Positions 51,704 to 61,373 of a stretch of DNA of 64,000 nucleotides are shown piece after piece. The position numbers and the translations under genes were made by a program. The notes below the pieces were generated by a model. That model was not told where the DNA came from, ran no database searches, and was given only the letters and a program-made list of their open reading frames with translations. Numbering within the stretch: position 1 is the first letter of the stretch; every line of letters begins with the position of its first letter. The DNA comes from an uncultured Gemmatimonadales bacterium (GTDB taxonomy: Bacteria > Gemmatimonadota > Gemmatimonadetes > Longimicrobiales > Gaopeijiaceae): the NCBI GenBank assembly GCA_963823035.1, contig CAWGKG010000019.1, forward strand, positions 102,164-166,163, written 5' to 3'.

Positions 51704-52819
51704 ATGGAGTTCGTGACTCATCGAGCCGTGCTTTTCGTGGTCGCTGCCGCACTCGGCGTTTCGGCATGCTCGCCCAAGGAGCCCGGGGAGTCCGCCGCGG
51801 CGGCCCCGGCCGCGCAGGCGGCCACCTCGACCGCCTCGCTCCTCCCCGGCGAAACCCACCTGCGCAACCTCCGCCAGCTCACGTTCGGCGGAGAGAACGC
51901 GGAGGCCTACTACGCCTTCGACGGTACCAAGCTCATCTACCAGGCCCGCAAGCCCGGAGAGGACTGCGACCAGATCTACATCATGGATCTGGCCACGGGT
52001 GAATCCACGCGGGTGAGCAACGGGGAGGGACGCACGACCTGCTCCTACTTCTATCCCAGCGGGAATCGGATCCTCTATTCGTCTACCCACGGCGCGGGTC
52101 CCGCGTGCCCCCCGACGCCCGACATGTCGAAGGGCTACGTGTGGCCGATCTACCCCACCTACGACATCTACGTCGCGAACGTGGACGGATCGGATCTGCA
52201 GGTGCTCACGGACGCGGACGGCTACGACGCCGAAGCCACGTTCTCTCCGCGGGGCGACCGCATCGTCTTCACGAGCGATCGTGACGGCGACCTCGACCTC
52301 TACACCATGCTGCCCGACGGCTCCGACGTGCGGCGCCTGACCAACAAGATCGGCTACGACGGCGGCGCGTTCTACTCTCCCGACGGCACGAAGATCGTCT
52401 GGCGCGCGCACTACCCGGAGGAGGGCGCGGAGCGCGACGACTACGTCTCGCTGCTGCACGAGGGGCTCATCCGGCCCGGCGAGCTCGAGATCATGGTCAT
52501 GAACGCCGACGGCTCCGACCAGCACCCGATCACCCACCTGGGCGGCGCGAGCTTCGCGCCGTATTGGCACCCGTCCGGCCGGAAGATCATCTTCAGCTCG
52601 AACCAGCTCGATCCCCAGGGCCGCGAGTTCGACCTGTTCATGGTCAACGCGGACGGGAGCGGCGATGTCGAGCGGATCACCGAGGCGGAGGGCTTCGACG
52701 GCTTCCCCGTGTTCAGCCCCGACGGCACGCACCTGGTGTTCGCGTCCAACCGCAACAACGGTGGCACCAACGACACGAACATCTTCATCGCGGAGTGGGT
52801 GGAGAACCCGGAGGGCTAG
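51704..52819 (+). CDS. TolB-like PD40 beta-propeller lipoprotein
   Basis: Lipobox GVSAC; repeated FSPDG/IVFTSDRDG units. Confidence 0.88.
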   Translation: MEFVTHRAVLFVVAAALGVSACSPKEPGESAAAAPAAQAATSTASLLPGETHLRNLRQLTFGGENAEAYYAFDGTKLIYQARKPGEDCDQIYIMDLATGESTRVSNGEGRTTCSYFYPSGNRILYSSTHGAGPACPPTPDMSKGYVWPIYPTYDIYVANVDGSDLQVLTDADGYDAEATFSPRGDRIVFTSDRDGDLDLYTMLPDGSDVRRLTNKIGYDGGAFYSPDGTKIVWRAHYPEEGAERDDYVSLLHEGLIRPGELEIMVMNADGSDQHPITHLGGASFAPYWHPSGRKIIFSSNQLDPQGREFDLFMVNADGSGDVERITEAEGFDGFPVFSPDGTHLVFASNRNNGGTNDTNIFIAEWVENPEG

Positions 52820-53469
52820 ACCCGAGGCGGCAGCATCGCCGCGCGGCAACTCCTCGAGCTTGGAGTCCGGGTAGAGCGCGAGGAACTGGCTGAGGATGCG
52901 GTAGGTCAGCCCCCAGACGACCTCGCCGACCACGCGGTAGCACGGGAAGGTCCGGCCACCGCCCGGAAGCGGGATGGCCACGTCGCCGTGCGTCGCGGGG
53001 GCGCGCAACTCGTCCAGCGTCACCCAGTGCACGGCGTCCACCTCGCGGCTGGCGACGCGCGCCTCGGCGGCCGGTGACACCCCGTAGACGAAGGGGGCGA
53101 TCGTCAGCTTCGGGAGGCGCACGCTTCCCGGGGCGACCTCGTCGAGGCGGCCGAGGTGCAGCCCGCCGGTCAGATCGATCCCGGTCTCCTCGAGCGTCTC
53201 CCGCACCGCCGTGTCCTGCAGCGTTCCATCGTCCGGATCACGTCGCCCCCCGGGGAGCGCCATGTGTCCCGACCAGGGGTCGCGCTCGGAGCGGGCGCGC
53301 TTGATGAGCAGCAGCTCCAGCTGCTTCCGCCCCGGATCACCACGGTCACGGCCGCCTGGAGGAAGTCCGGGTCGGGCGGAGGGGGGTCGGCGGCGTCCGA
53401 TGCGTACGAGGCCAGCGCTTCGCTCAGGACCCAGAAGCGGGGATCCGTCTCGAGGGAGAAGTCCGACAT
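52816..53469 (-). CDS. Nudix CoA pyrophosphatase (frameshift near 53330; 3' end uncertain)
   Basis: AAV, LLLIKR, WSGHMALPGGRRD..TAVRETLEETGI and VWGLT motifs; no in-frame stop at the expected place. Confidence 0.82.
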
Positions 53470-53478
53470 GCGGACGGG

Positions 53479-54772
53479 CTACACCCCGCCGTCCGGAAGG
53501 GTCAATCGGTAGCGGACGACGCGCTGCACACCGAGCTCGTCGGTGGTGACGCCCCACACGTGGTCGCCGTCGAAGACCGGCTGCGGATGCGTGCGCAGGT
53601 CGGCCGGCGGGATCACCCGACCGAGATAGGTGCCGTCGTCCTCGAAGACGTCCAGCACGAAGCGGCTCTGCCACTCGTTCGGGATCGCATTCGGGTCGGT
53701 CGCGTCGTAGTCGGTATCCTCCACCTTCACGCTCGGGGCGGCCACCTCGACCCATATGCGCCCGTCGAGACCCGCGTACAGGCTTTCATAGGCGGGCCTG
53801 GTGTCGGGGATCCCCGGCCCGCCCCACTTCCAGCTCGGATCGATGCCGCGCATGTTGCGCGTGATCTGCCGCTCGCGCTGGTCCTTCTCCCCGGAGGCGA
53901 CAGCGACCGGCTCCCACGCCTTCTCGATGCGGAGGGGCGCACCGGGCTTCAGCAGCGTGAAGCGGTAGTCCGTGCTCACGCCGTGGACGAAGTAGCCGTC
54001 CCGGTGCAGCATCCACTCCTCGGAGGGTGAGAAGGGCACCGAGTTGATCGCGACGCTGTTCTCGGAGCGGGCCTCGAGGCTGGGCGCCTCCCACTCGGCG
54101 TCCGGGATGTCGAGCGTGTCGCCCGCGACACCGTCCGGGCCGATGCGCGCCAGCGCGCGCTTCCAGTCCCGGACGTCCACCTGCATGTCGCGGACCACGA
54201 ACACGTACATGTTGTCGGCGCTGTCGACCGGAAGCGGCGTGCTGGTGCGGAAGCTGCCGCGCACCACCGGCCAGGCGCCCGCGGGGGCGCCGTCCGGCCC
54301 GTAGGCCTGGATGCGCCCGTTGCCCGGATCACGCACCACCAGCCGCTGGTCGGAGAGGAGGGCGATCGCTCCCGGCGCCTTGAGCTCACCCGGGCCTTCG
54401 CCGGGTCGCCCGATCGTCCTGAGGTAGCGCCCGTCCGCACCGTAGGCGCGCAACTCGGGTCCCTGACTGTCGAGGACGTAGATCGTGCCGTCGTCCGCGA
54501 CCGCGATCGACTGCACGTTCCCCATGAGGTACGCGAGGTCGCCCTCCATCTCCCCGATCGAGACCTCGGGCACGAGCGTGGCCTCCCCGCCCCACGCGCT
54601 TCCCGCGAGCGTGCGCACCACCACGGTGTCCCCGATGGTGTCGCGCTCGACCATGACGGATGAGGCCGCGTCCCTGCCGCCGCCGCATGCGGCGCGCGAG
54701 GAGGAGGGGAAGCGAGCTGCCCACCGCGAGCAGGCTTCTCAGTGTCGTCGTCCGGCCGAAGTCCATGCGCAT
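53479..54772 (-). CDS. Six-bladed beta-propeller lipoprotein (frameshift near 54690)
   Basis: Signal LPLLLA/ACGG; DDGTIYVLD, IGRPGEGPGEL, DVFEDDGTYLG and TTDELGV; paralog of 8871-10155. Confidence 0.8.
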
Positions 54773-54816
54773 CGTCGTCTGTCTCCCCCGTGGTCGCCCG
54801 CGTCGGGACGGGCCGC

Positions 54817-55519
54817 TCAGACCCCCGTGCGCTCCGCTCCCCAGACGAGCTTGTGCAGCTGGACCTGCAGGCGGACCGGGAGATGGTCCTCGAGGATCCA
54901 GCCCGCCAGCGCTTCCAGGTCGATCTCACCCCACACGGGAGACACGAGCAGCGCGCGGAGCGATGCGTCGGCGACTCGGCGATCCAGCCCGCGCGTGCGG
55001 ATGGTCTCGCGCGTCCACTCGTAGTCCGCTCGATCCCCCACGACGAACTTCACCTCGTCCCGGGAGGTGAGATGCTCCAGGTTGCCCCACAGGTTGCGCG
55101 CGCTTTCGCCCGAGCCCGGGCACTTGAGGTCCATGATCTTGTGCGCCCGCGCATCGAGCGGGGCGACGTCGAACGCTCCCGACGTCTCGACGAGGACGGT
55201 GTACCCCTCCTCGAGGAGTCGCTCGCACGAGGGGAAAGGCGTTCGGGTGGGCGAGGGGCTCTCCGCCGGTGACCTCGACGAGCGGCGTGCCCATGCCGTC
55301 CACGCGGGCGAGGATCTCGCCCAGCGTCATCCGCGCGCCGCCGTGGAAGGCGTACGCCGTGTCGCACCAGACGCACCGGAGCGGGCAGCCCGTGAGCCGC
55401 ACGAAGGTGCACGGCAGCCCCGCCCAGGTGGACTCTCCCTGGATCGAGTGGAAGATCTCCGTGATGCGCAGGAACGGCTCGGGCTCGGTGCCCGTCGGCG
55501 GGGCCGCGCCTCCGGTCAT
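54817..55519 (-). CDS. queE: 7-carboxy-7-deazaguanine synthase, radical SAM (frameshift near 55225)
   Basis: EIFHSIQGE, RLTGCPLRCVWCDT, TGGEPL, MDLKCPGSG and QLHKLVW. Confidence 0.9.
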
Positions 55520-56487
55520 TGCCCGGCGCGGCCCTGCTTGCCATCGCGCCCGCCGGGCCACAGGAAGCCCAGCGGAGACTCCTTCACCACGCTGCCGGCC
55601 ATGAAGAGCATGTTGGCCGGCCGCTCCGCCAGGCGTCGCATGAGGTACGGGTACCAGTGCGAGCCGAAGGGCACGTAGACGCGCACGTTGAATCCGTCGG
55701 CCACCAGCTGGCGCTGGAGGTCACGGCGGACGCCGTGCAGCATCTGGAACTCGAAGGACGCCTTGTCGATCCCCTCCTTCTGGTGGAAGGCGACCGTGGC
55801 GTCGATCATGTGCGGGTCGTGGGTGGCGATGGCGGGGTAGTCGCCCTCGGCGAGCAGCATCTGCGTGAGCTCGACGTAGCTCCTGTCCACGGCCGCCCTG
55901 TCCTTGAACGCTACCTCGGCCGGCTCGTTGTAGGCGCCCTTGCACAGGCGGACGCGCGCGCCGATCTGGTTCATGCGCGCCACGTCACCGGCGCTGCGCT
56001 TCAGGTACGACTGGAGCACCACGCCGATGTTGCGCCACCCCTCCGCCCACAGCTTCTCGAAGGCATCGAGGGTGCGTTGCGTGTACTCCGACGACTCCAT
56101 GTCGAAGCGGATGAAGCTGTCGGTCTCGCGGGCGCGCGCGAGGATGCGGCCCAGGTTCTCGGCGAGGAACGACTCGGAGATGTCCTGCCCGAGCGCCGTG
56201 AACTTGAGGGAGACGTTGGCGCGCAGGTCCTCGGCCGCGATCCGGTCGAGGATGTCGTGGTAGACGTCGGCGGCGAGACGGGCGTTCACTTCGTCGTGCA
56301 CGGATTCGCCCAGGAAGTTGCCGGTCGCGGTGAGGCCCTCGGCGTTGGCGGCGCGGATCGCCCTCACCAGGTCGTCGACGCGCTCTCCCGGAACGAAACG
56401 GCGGCTCATCCCCCGAAGGGGCGTCCGGGTGACCACGGCCTTGGCCGCCTTCGAATGACTCAGGAAGATCAGACCTTCTCGAAGCAT
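55516..56487 (-). CDS. Monofunctional proline dehydrogenase
   Basis: RFVPGE, DMES, RLCKGAY, IATHD, EFQML and YLMRRLAERPAN. Confidence 0.93.
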   Translation of the reverse strand: MLREGLIFLSHSKAAKAVVTRTPLRGMSRRFVPGERVDDLVRAIRAANAEGLTATGNFLGESVHDEVNARLAADVYHDILDRIAAEDLRANVSLKFTALGQDISESFLAENLGRILARARETDSFIRFDMESSEYTQRTLDAFEKLWAEGWRNIGVVLQSYLKRSAGDVARMNQIGARVRLCKGAYNEPAEVAFKDRAAVDRSYVELTQMLLAEGDYPAIATHDPHMIDATVAFHQKEGIDKASFEFQMLHGVRRDLQRQLVADGFNVRVYVPFGSHWYPYLMRRLAERPANMLFMAGSVVKESPLGFLWPGGRDGKQGRAGQ

Positions 56488-56499
56488 GCCGGATGCTCG

Positions 56500-56850
56500 C
56501 TATTCGATGTTTGCGCCGCGGCCCACCGCATCCTCGAGGATGCCCTGGACCTCCAGCAGCGTCAGCGCGCCCAGGTGCTCCTCGACCTCGGCGCGGCTCC
56601 TGCACTCGATCAGGCTCGGGCTCTCCACGTGTCCCACGATCCCCACACCCGTCTGCGCCCACCGGGGGAAGACCAGGTACCCCAGGTACGGGGCGAGGAG
56701 GTTGGCCGTCTGCTCGACCTCGATCGAGACCGTGTACGGATGGCCGTCCGAGCCCTCGAAGGCAGGCGGGCGGTCGTGCACCTCGAGGTAGCCCCCGAGC
56801 GTACCGTCGCGCGCTGCGTCGCGGTCGTGTTTGCCGTTGCTTTCCGTCAT
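56500..56850 (-). CDS. Hypothetical protein
   Basis: 116-aa ORF (TLGGYLEVHDRPPAFEGSDG..YLVFPRW) with coding-like codons, co-oriented just upstream of proline dehydrogenase. Confidence 0.72.
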   Translation of the reverse strand: MTESNGKHDRDAARDGTLGGYLEVHDRPPAFEGSDGHPYTVSIEVEQTANLLAPYLGYLVFPRWAQTGVGIVGHVESPSLIECRSRAEVEEHLGALTLLEVQGILEDAVGRGANIE

Positions 56851-57012
56851 CGGTCCGTGGTGCGGCGTGTCGCCGGTCCGCGCGCTCTCGGCGGACCCCA
56901 ACGAAGATAGCGGAGGGCGCCGAAGTGGCGCAGGCCGACGGGGGGACGCGGTTGTCCCGGGAGGGGCCGGTCGGGTACTCTTCCAGACCCCTCTCTCCTG
57001 GAGCACGCCGAA

Positions 57013-58054
57013 ATGACCGACACGATGCGGGCCGCCGTCTTCACCGAGTTCGGAGGGCCGGAAGTCGTGGGTGTTCTTGAAGTTGGGATCCCTGAGCCCG
57101 GTCCGGGCGAGGTGCGCATCAAGGTCGAGGCGGCGTCGATGAACCACCTCGACCTGTGGGTGCGGCGCGGCCTGCCGATCGAGACCCCCATGCCCCACAT
57201 CGGCGGAGCGGACATCGCAGGGACGGTCGAGGCGCTCGGCCCCGGGGTCACAGGCGTCCCGGAGGGGCTTCGGGTCGTGGTCGATCCCTCGCTCGACTAC
57301 GACTGGTACGACGGACAGGACCAGGGCGATGGCTTCGAGCGCCGGCCCCTGCGCCTGCTCGGCGAGCATACGCAGGGCGGTTTCGCCGAGTACGCCGTGG
57401 TACCGGCCGCGAACCTGATGGCGATCCCCGACGGGTTCGCGTCCGAGGAGGCGGCCGCTGCCGGCCTCGTCTTCGTCACGGCATGGCGGGGCCTGGTCCA
57501 CCGCGCCGGCCTGCGCCCGGGCGAGCGCGTCCTGATCACCGGTGGGTCGGGGGGCGTGGCCACCGCGGCGATCCAGATCGCGAAGATGGTGGGGGCCAGG
57601 GTGTACGTCGTGACGAGCGGGACCGAGAACGAGGAGCGGGTCCGGGACCTCGGGGCCGACGTGGTCTACGACCGGAAGCGGGTGGAGGACTTCAGCCGCG
57701 AGATATGGCGCGACACCGGCAAGCAGGGCGTACATGTCGTGTTCGATGCGGTGGGAGAGGCCCTCTGGCCGCAGTGCTTGAAGGCGCTGGCCGTGGGTGG
57801 CCGCCTGGTGACCTATGGCGCGACGACGGGTGCGCGCGGAAGCACGGAGATCCGCGTCGTCTTCTGGAAGCAGCTCTCGATCCTCGGGAGCACGATGGGC
57901 ACGCACGGCCGAGTTCCGGGAGGTGATGAGGCTCGTGTTCGGGCGGCGGCTGCGGCCGGTCGTGCACGAGGTGCTGCCGCTGGCGGAGGCGCGACGCGCG
58001 CACGAGCTGCTCGATGGCGGCGGCGTCTTCGGGAAGCTGGTGCTCGTCCCGTGA
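57013..58054 (+). CDS. MDR-family oxidoreductase (quinone reductase/ADH-like; frameshift near 57905)
   Basis: GGPEV, NHLDLW, GGFAEY, GGSGGVA, GSTMG and FGKLVL. Confidence 0.88.
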
Positions 58055-58130
58055 GGGGAGCGGAGATGTCCGGATGGGACGCCTCATGGATCCCCGGGTG
58101 GGAAGATGGCGCCGCGCGCGGGGCGCTCCC

Positions 58131-58466
58131 ATGGAGCTGAAGGACGCGCAACGCCGCGTCGACGCCTGGATCTCGCAGTTCGAGGAGGGCTACTGGCCCC
58201 CACTGTCCAACCTCGCCCGACTCACCGAGGAGGTGGGGGAGCTGGCGCGGTTGATGAACCACCGCTTCGGTCACAAGCCCAAGAAGCCGGACGAGGCCGA
58301 GCAGGAGTTGGCGCTCGAGCTCGCGGACGTGCTCTTCGTCCTCCTCGTGATCGCCAACGAGCAGGGCATCGACCTGGGCGAGGCGCTCGAGCGCACGCTC
58401 GAGAAGTACCGTGTGCGCGACGGAGAGCGTTGGACGCGGAAGGCGACCGACGAGGCGGGACGCTGA
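58131..58466 (+). CDS. MazG-like nucleotide pyrophosphohydrolase (YpjD family)
   Basis: GYWPPLSNLARLTEEVGELAR, ELADVLF and KYRVRD. Confidence 0.9.
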   Translation: MELKDAQRRVDAWISQFEEGYWPPLSNLARLTEEVGELARLMNHRFGHKPKKPDEAEQELALELADVLFVLLVIANEQGIDLGEALERTLEKYRVRDGERWTRKATDEAGR

Positions 58467-58602
58467 GTGCAGAGGGGCTCACCGCCGGGCGGATCGGCAG
58501 GAGCCAGCATCCGAAGCGGCCCCTCGGGAGGTGCTCCCGGGGGGCCGCCGCCTGTCGGTGTCGGCGAGGCGCCCCGACCTTCCGGTGGGCGCCCGCTTCC
58601 GC

Positions 58603-59289
58603 TCAGACTTCCTCTTCGCTACGACGCCTCCGCGCCACCAGGCCCAGCCCCAGCAACCCCGTGGCCAACAGCAACACAGTGCCCGGCTCGGGAACCACGC
58701 TCGTCGCGGATCCGGTCACGCCCACGGTGACCCCATGCCAGTACTCGGTCGGATCGGAGGTCCAGGTGAGCTCGTCGAACGTCCCGCTGAACTTGATGAC
58801 GCCGTGCATCTCGTACCCGGTGAGCGTCTTCATGTCGGCGCTGGTCGTGTAGAACCCGTCCCCCCACCACCCTGCTCCCTCGGACAACACCGTGAAGGGA
58901 TCCGTGAAGGCGTAGGACACGGGCAGGGACGTGCGCCCGAGGCTCATGATCGCCAGGAAGGGGTCCACGACGGGCGTGGAGAACTTGATCGAGTGCGTGC
59001 CGGCGCCGCTGAGGGCGACGAGGTCCGTGGTCGCGGGACGGGTCCCGGGACCGTCGACATCGTAGATGGGGAAGTCCCAGGTGTACGGGCCTCCGGCGGT
59101 CTGCGCGAACGTGTACGGCCCGGTGTACGTCAGCCCCACGATCCCGTCGAGCGTCGTGAGGTCTCCGGTCACGGTCCCGATGCCGGCGGTCGTCCAGTCG
59201 GCCCAGTAGGCCTGAGCGCTGAGCGCGACCGGCGCGGCGAGAAGCGTGGCCAGGGTAAACGCGTGGACGATGACTCCTCTCTTTCTCAT
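58603..59289 (-). CDS. PEP-CTERM sorting domain protein
   Basis: Signal peptide, Thr/Gly-rich body, C-terminal VPEPGTVLLLATGLLGLGLVARRRR. Confidence 0.93.
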   Translation of the reverse strand: MRKRGVIVHAFTLATLLAAPVALSAQAYWADWTTAGIGTVTGDLTTLDGIVGLTYTGPYTFAQTAGGPYTWDFPIYDVDGPGTRPATTDLVALSGAGTHSIKFSTPVVDPFLAIMSLGRTSLPVSYAFTDPFTVLSEGAGWWGDGFYTTSADMKTLTGYEMHGVIKFSGTFDELTWTSDPTEYWHGVTVGVTGSATSVVPEPGTVLLLATGLLGLGLVARRRRSEEEV

Positions 59290-59338
59290 GGCAGCCTCTC
59301 GCACGGGGGAGCGGGACAGAACGGATTCATCTGTACGA

Positions 59339-59354
59339 AGCAGGAAGCGTGCCT
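59339..59354 (-). promoter_or_regulatory. Sigma54 (-24/-12) promoter for the PEP-CTERM gene
   Basis: AGGCAC-GCTTC-CTGCT (GG-N10-GC) about 50 nt upstream of the ATG. Confidence 0.7.
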
Positions 59355-59505
59355 CGCTTCGCCCCCGGCCTGACCTCCACGCAAGCCCAGGTTCTGGGCC
59401 CCACGTGGCCCGGAACGGCCTGCTTGCCGGCTCGGTACAGCTGTAGTAGCCTGGCGCCACAAGCTGTGGCGTGCCGGCCTCACGGCGGCGCCGCCGGGCG
59501 GCCGG

Positions 59506-60076
59506 TCAGCTCCCCGAGATCGAGCCGTAGCGGAGCAGCGTGGTCGTGACCGAGCCGTCCGCGCCGATCACGACCTGATAGAGCCGGTCGAACTCGTTGT
59601 TCTCGTCGATCGGCTCGCCCGGGTCACCACCCAGCGCCTCGACGAGCTGCGGCGTGGTGTTGCTGTGTCCCGCCACGAGGTAGCGGCCCGGTGTGGCTCT
59701 TCAGGCGCCGGGCGAGCGCGTCGAGCGCGCGAGGGTCGTAGCTCTGGACCGTGAGGCCGAGCGCCTCCGCCAACGGCGCCGCCGTCTGACGCGTGCGGTT
59801 GTAGTCGGTGCTCAGCACGTCGGTGATCCCCGCCTCCCGGAGCACGTGCACGAGCGCGTGGGCGCGCTCGCGACCCGCCATGTTGAGCTCCGGGTCGGTG
59901 TCCGGCGCGCCCATCGCGGGCAGCGTAGGCTCCGCGTGTCGCACCAGGTAGACGATGCTCTGCGCGCCCGCCGCGGTGGCCGACGAGCCCAGCGCGAAAA
60001 CGGCCATGGCCAGCGTCGCGGCCCCGAGGAGCCCTTTCGAGGCGAGGCGACTTGGGGTCACCGGATTCCGAGCCAT
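59506..60076 (-). CDS. Exported histidine phosphatase (PGM/SixA-like; frameshift near 59695)
   Basis: Signal peptide; YLVRHAE, STDYNRTRQTA, LVAGHSNT and EFDRLY. Confidence 0.85.
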
Positions 60077-60126
60077 CGGTGGTCTTCCTTTCTCGAGTCG
60101 TGGACGAGGGTACGGGAGTCGAGGGA

Positions 60127-61263
60127 TCAGCCGCGGAAGGAGGCCAACACTTCCACGCACCGATCCACCTCCTCCTCCGTGTTGTAGAAGTGCGGGCTGA
60201 CGCGCACGAACCCGGGACGATGGTCGACGATCACGCCCTGGGTCGCCAGGTGGCGGACCGCGCCCGCCGGGTCGGGGTGGCGCACCATGACGATCGCGGA
60301 GCGGTGTTCGCGCGCGGGCAGCCGCAGCTCGAAGCCTTCGGCCTCGCACCGCTCGACCAGGCGATCGGTGAGGTGGCGGTTGCGCCGGACGATGGCGGCG
60401 ATGCCCACCTCGTCCACGATCTCCTGGCCGCCGAGGGCCGTGTGCACCGTGGGCAGCGCGGGGGTGCCCAGCTCGAAGCGGCGCGCGTCCGCCCGGTAGG
60501 CGAAGCCCTTCAGGTCGAAGTCGAACTGCCCTTCGGCGGCGAACCAGCTCGTGATGCGCGGGTGCAGCCCCTCGATGAGGTCGCTGCGCACGTACAGGTA
60601 CGCCAGCCCCGGTCCGCCCAGCAGCCATTTCAGCGGCCCGGCGGTGTAGAAGTCGACGCCGGTGGCGGCCACGTCGAGCGGCACCTGCCCGGCGCCCTGG
60701 TAGCCGTCGATGAGGCACCACGCGCCCGCGCGGTGCGCGATCTCGGCCAGCCGTGGCAGGTCCTGCACGTGCCCGGTCGCGAAGAAGACGTGGCTGGTGG
60801 CGAGGAAGAGCGTGCGCTCGTCGACGGCCTCCTCGAACCGCTCGGGGTCCACCTGGATGCCGTCGTCGCTCTCGAGCACGACCAGCTCCACCTCCGGCTT
60901 CACCGCCCACTGATAGGCGAGCGTGGGGAAGTCCAGCTCGGTGCAGACGACGCGGTTGCGGCCGTCGGTGGGGACGGATTCGGAGATGACCGACAGGGCG
61001 GCGGACGTCGTCGGCAGGAGCGCGACCTCGCCGGCCGCCGATCCCCAGAAGGCGGCGACACGGGCGCGCAGGTCCTCGATCCGTCCCAGCCAATGCTCGT
61101 ACCACGCCGACGCGCCCATGTCGTGCCACCGCTCGCGGAACTCGTCGAGATAGGCCTCGGAGCGACGGGAAAGGGCGCCCAGCGAGCACGAGTTCAGGTA
61201 CGTCCTGCGGGACAGGATCGGGAACTCCTCCCGGAGCGCTTCGAGCTTCTGGATGTCGGTCAC
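60127..61263 (-). CDS. Class V PLP-dependent enzyme (kynureninase/desulfurase-like)
   Basis: YLNSCSLG, DGYQGAG, GPLKWLLGGPG, RFELGT and RVSPHFYN. Confidence 0.9.
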   Translation of the reverse strand: MTDIQKLEALREEFPILSRRTYLNSCSLGALSRRSEAYLDEFRERWHDMGASAWYEHWLGRIEDLRARVAAFWGSAAGEVALLPTTSAALSVISESVPTDGRNRVVCTELDFPTLAYQWAVKPEVELVVLESDDGIQVDPERFEEAVDERTLFLATSHVFFATGHVQDLPRLAEIAHRAGAWCLIDGYQGAGQVPLDVAATGVDFYTAGPLKWLLGGPGLAYLYVRSDLIEGLHPRITSWFAAEGQFDFDLKGFAYRADARRFELGTPALPTVHTALGGQEIVDEVGIAAIVRRNRHLTDRLVERCEAEGFELRLPAREHRSAIVMVRHPDPAGAVRHLATQGVIVDHRPGFVRVSPHFYNTEEEVDRCVEVLASFRG

Positions 61264-61373
61264 GGGGCTCCTGGCGTGGGCTCAGGTGTTCTTGTCTGTG
61301 CCTTGCGGCGGCGCGCTAGTCTAGACCGTCGGCTTCCTCCACGTCCACCGGCACGACGAGAACTCCGAGCGCG

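Noticed and set aside
50168..53755. 1195-aa ORF joining Nudix and M28 sequences
   Set aside because: It reads through the antisense of the TolB-like gene, a by-product of high GC and probable indels.
54817..55519. queE as part of a 7-deazaguanine DNA modification (dpd) island
   Set aside because: No dpdA/tgt-like or other dpd genes; queG nearby points to ordinary tRNA queuosine synthesis.
58470..58600. GC-rich imperfect hairpins between convergent genes as ncRNA or REP element
   Set aside because: Single occurrence in the window and no recognisable RNA family; most simply a terminator region.
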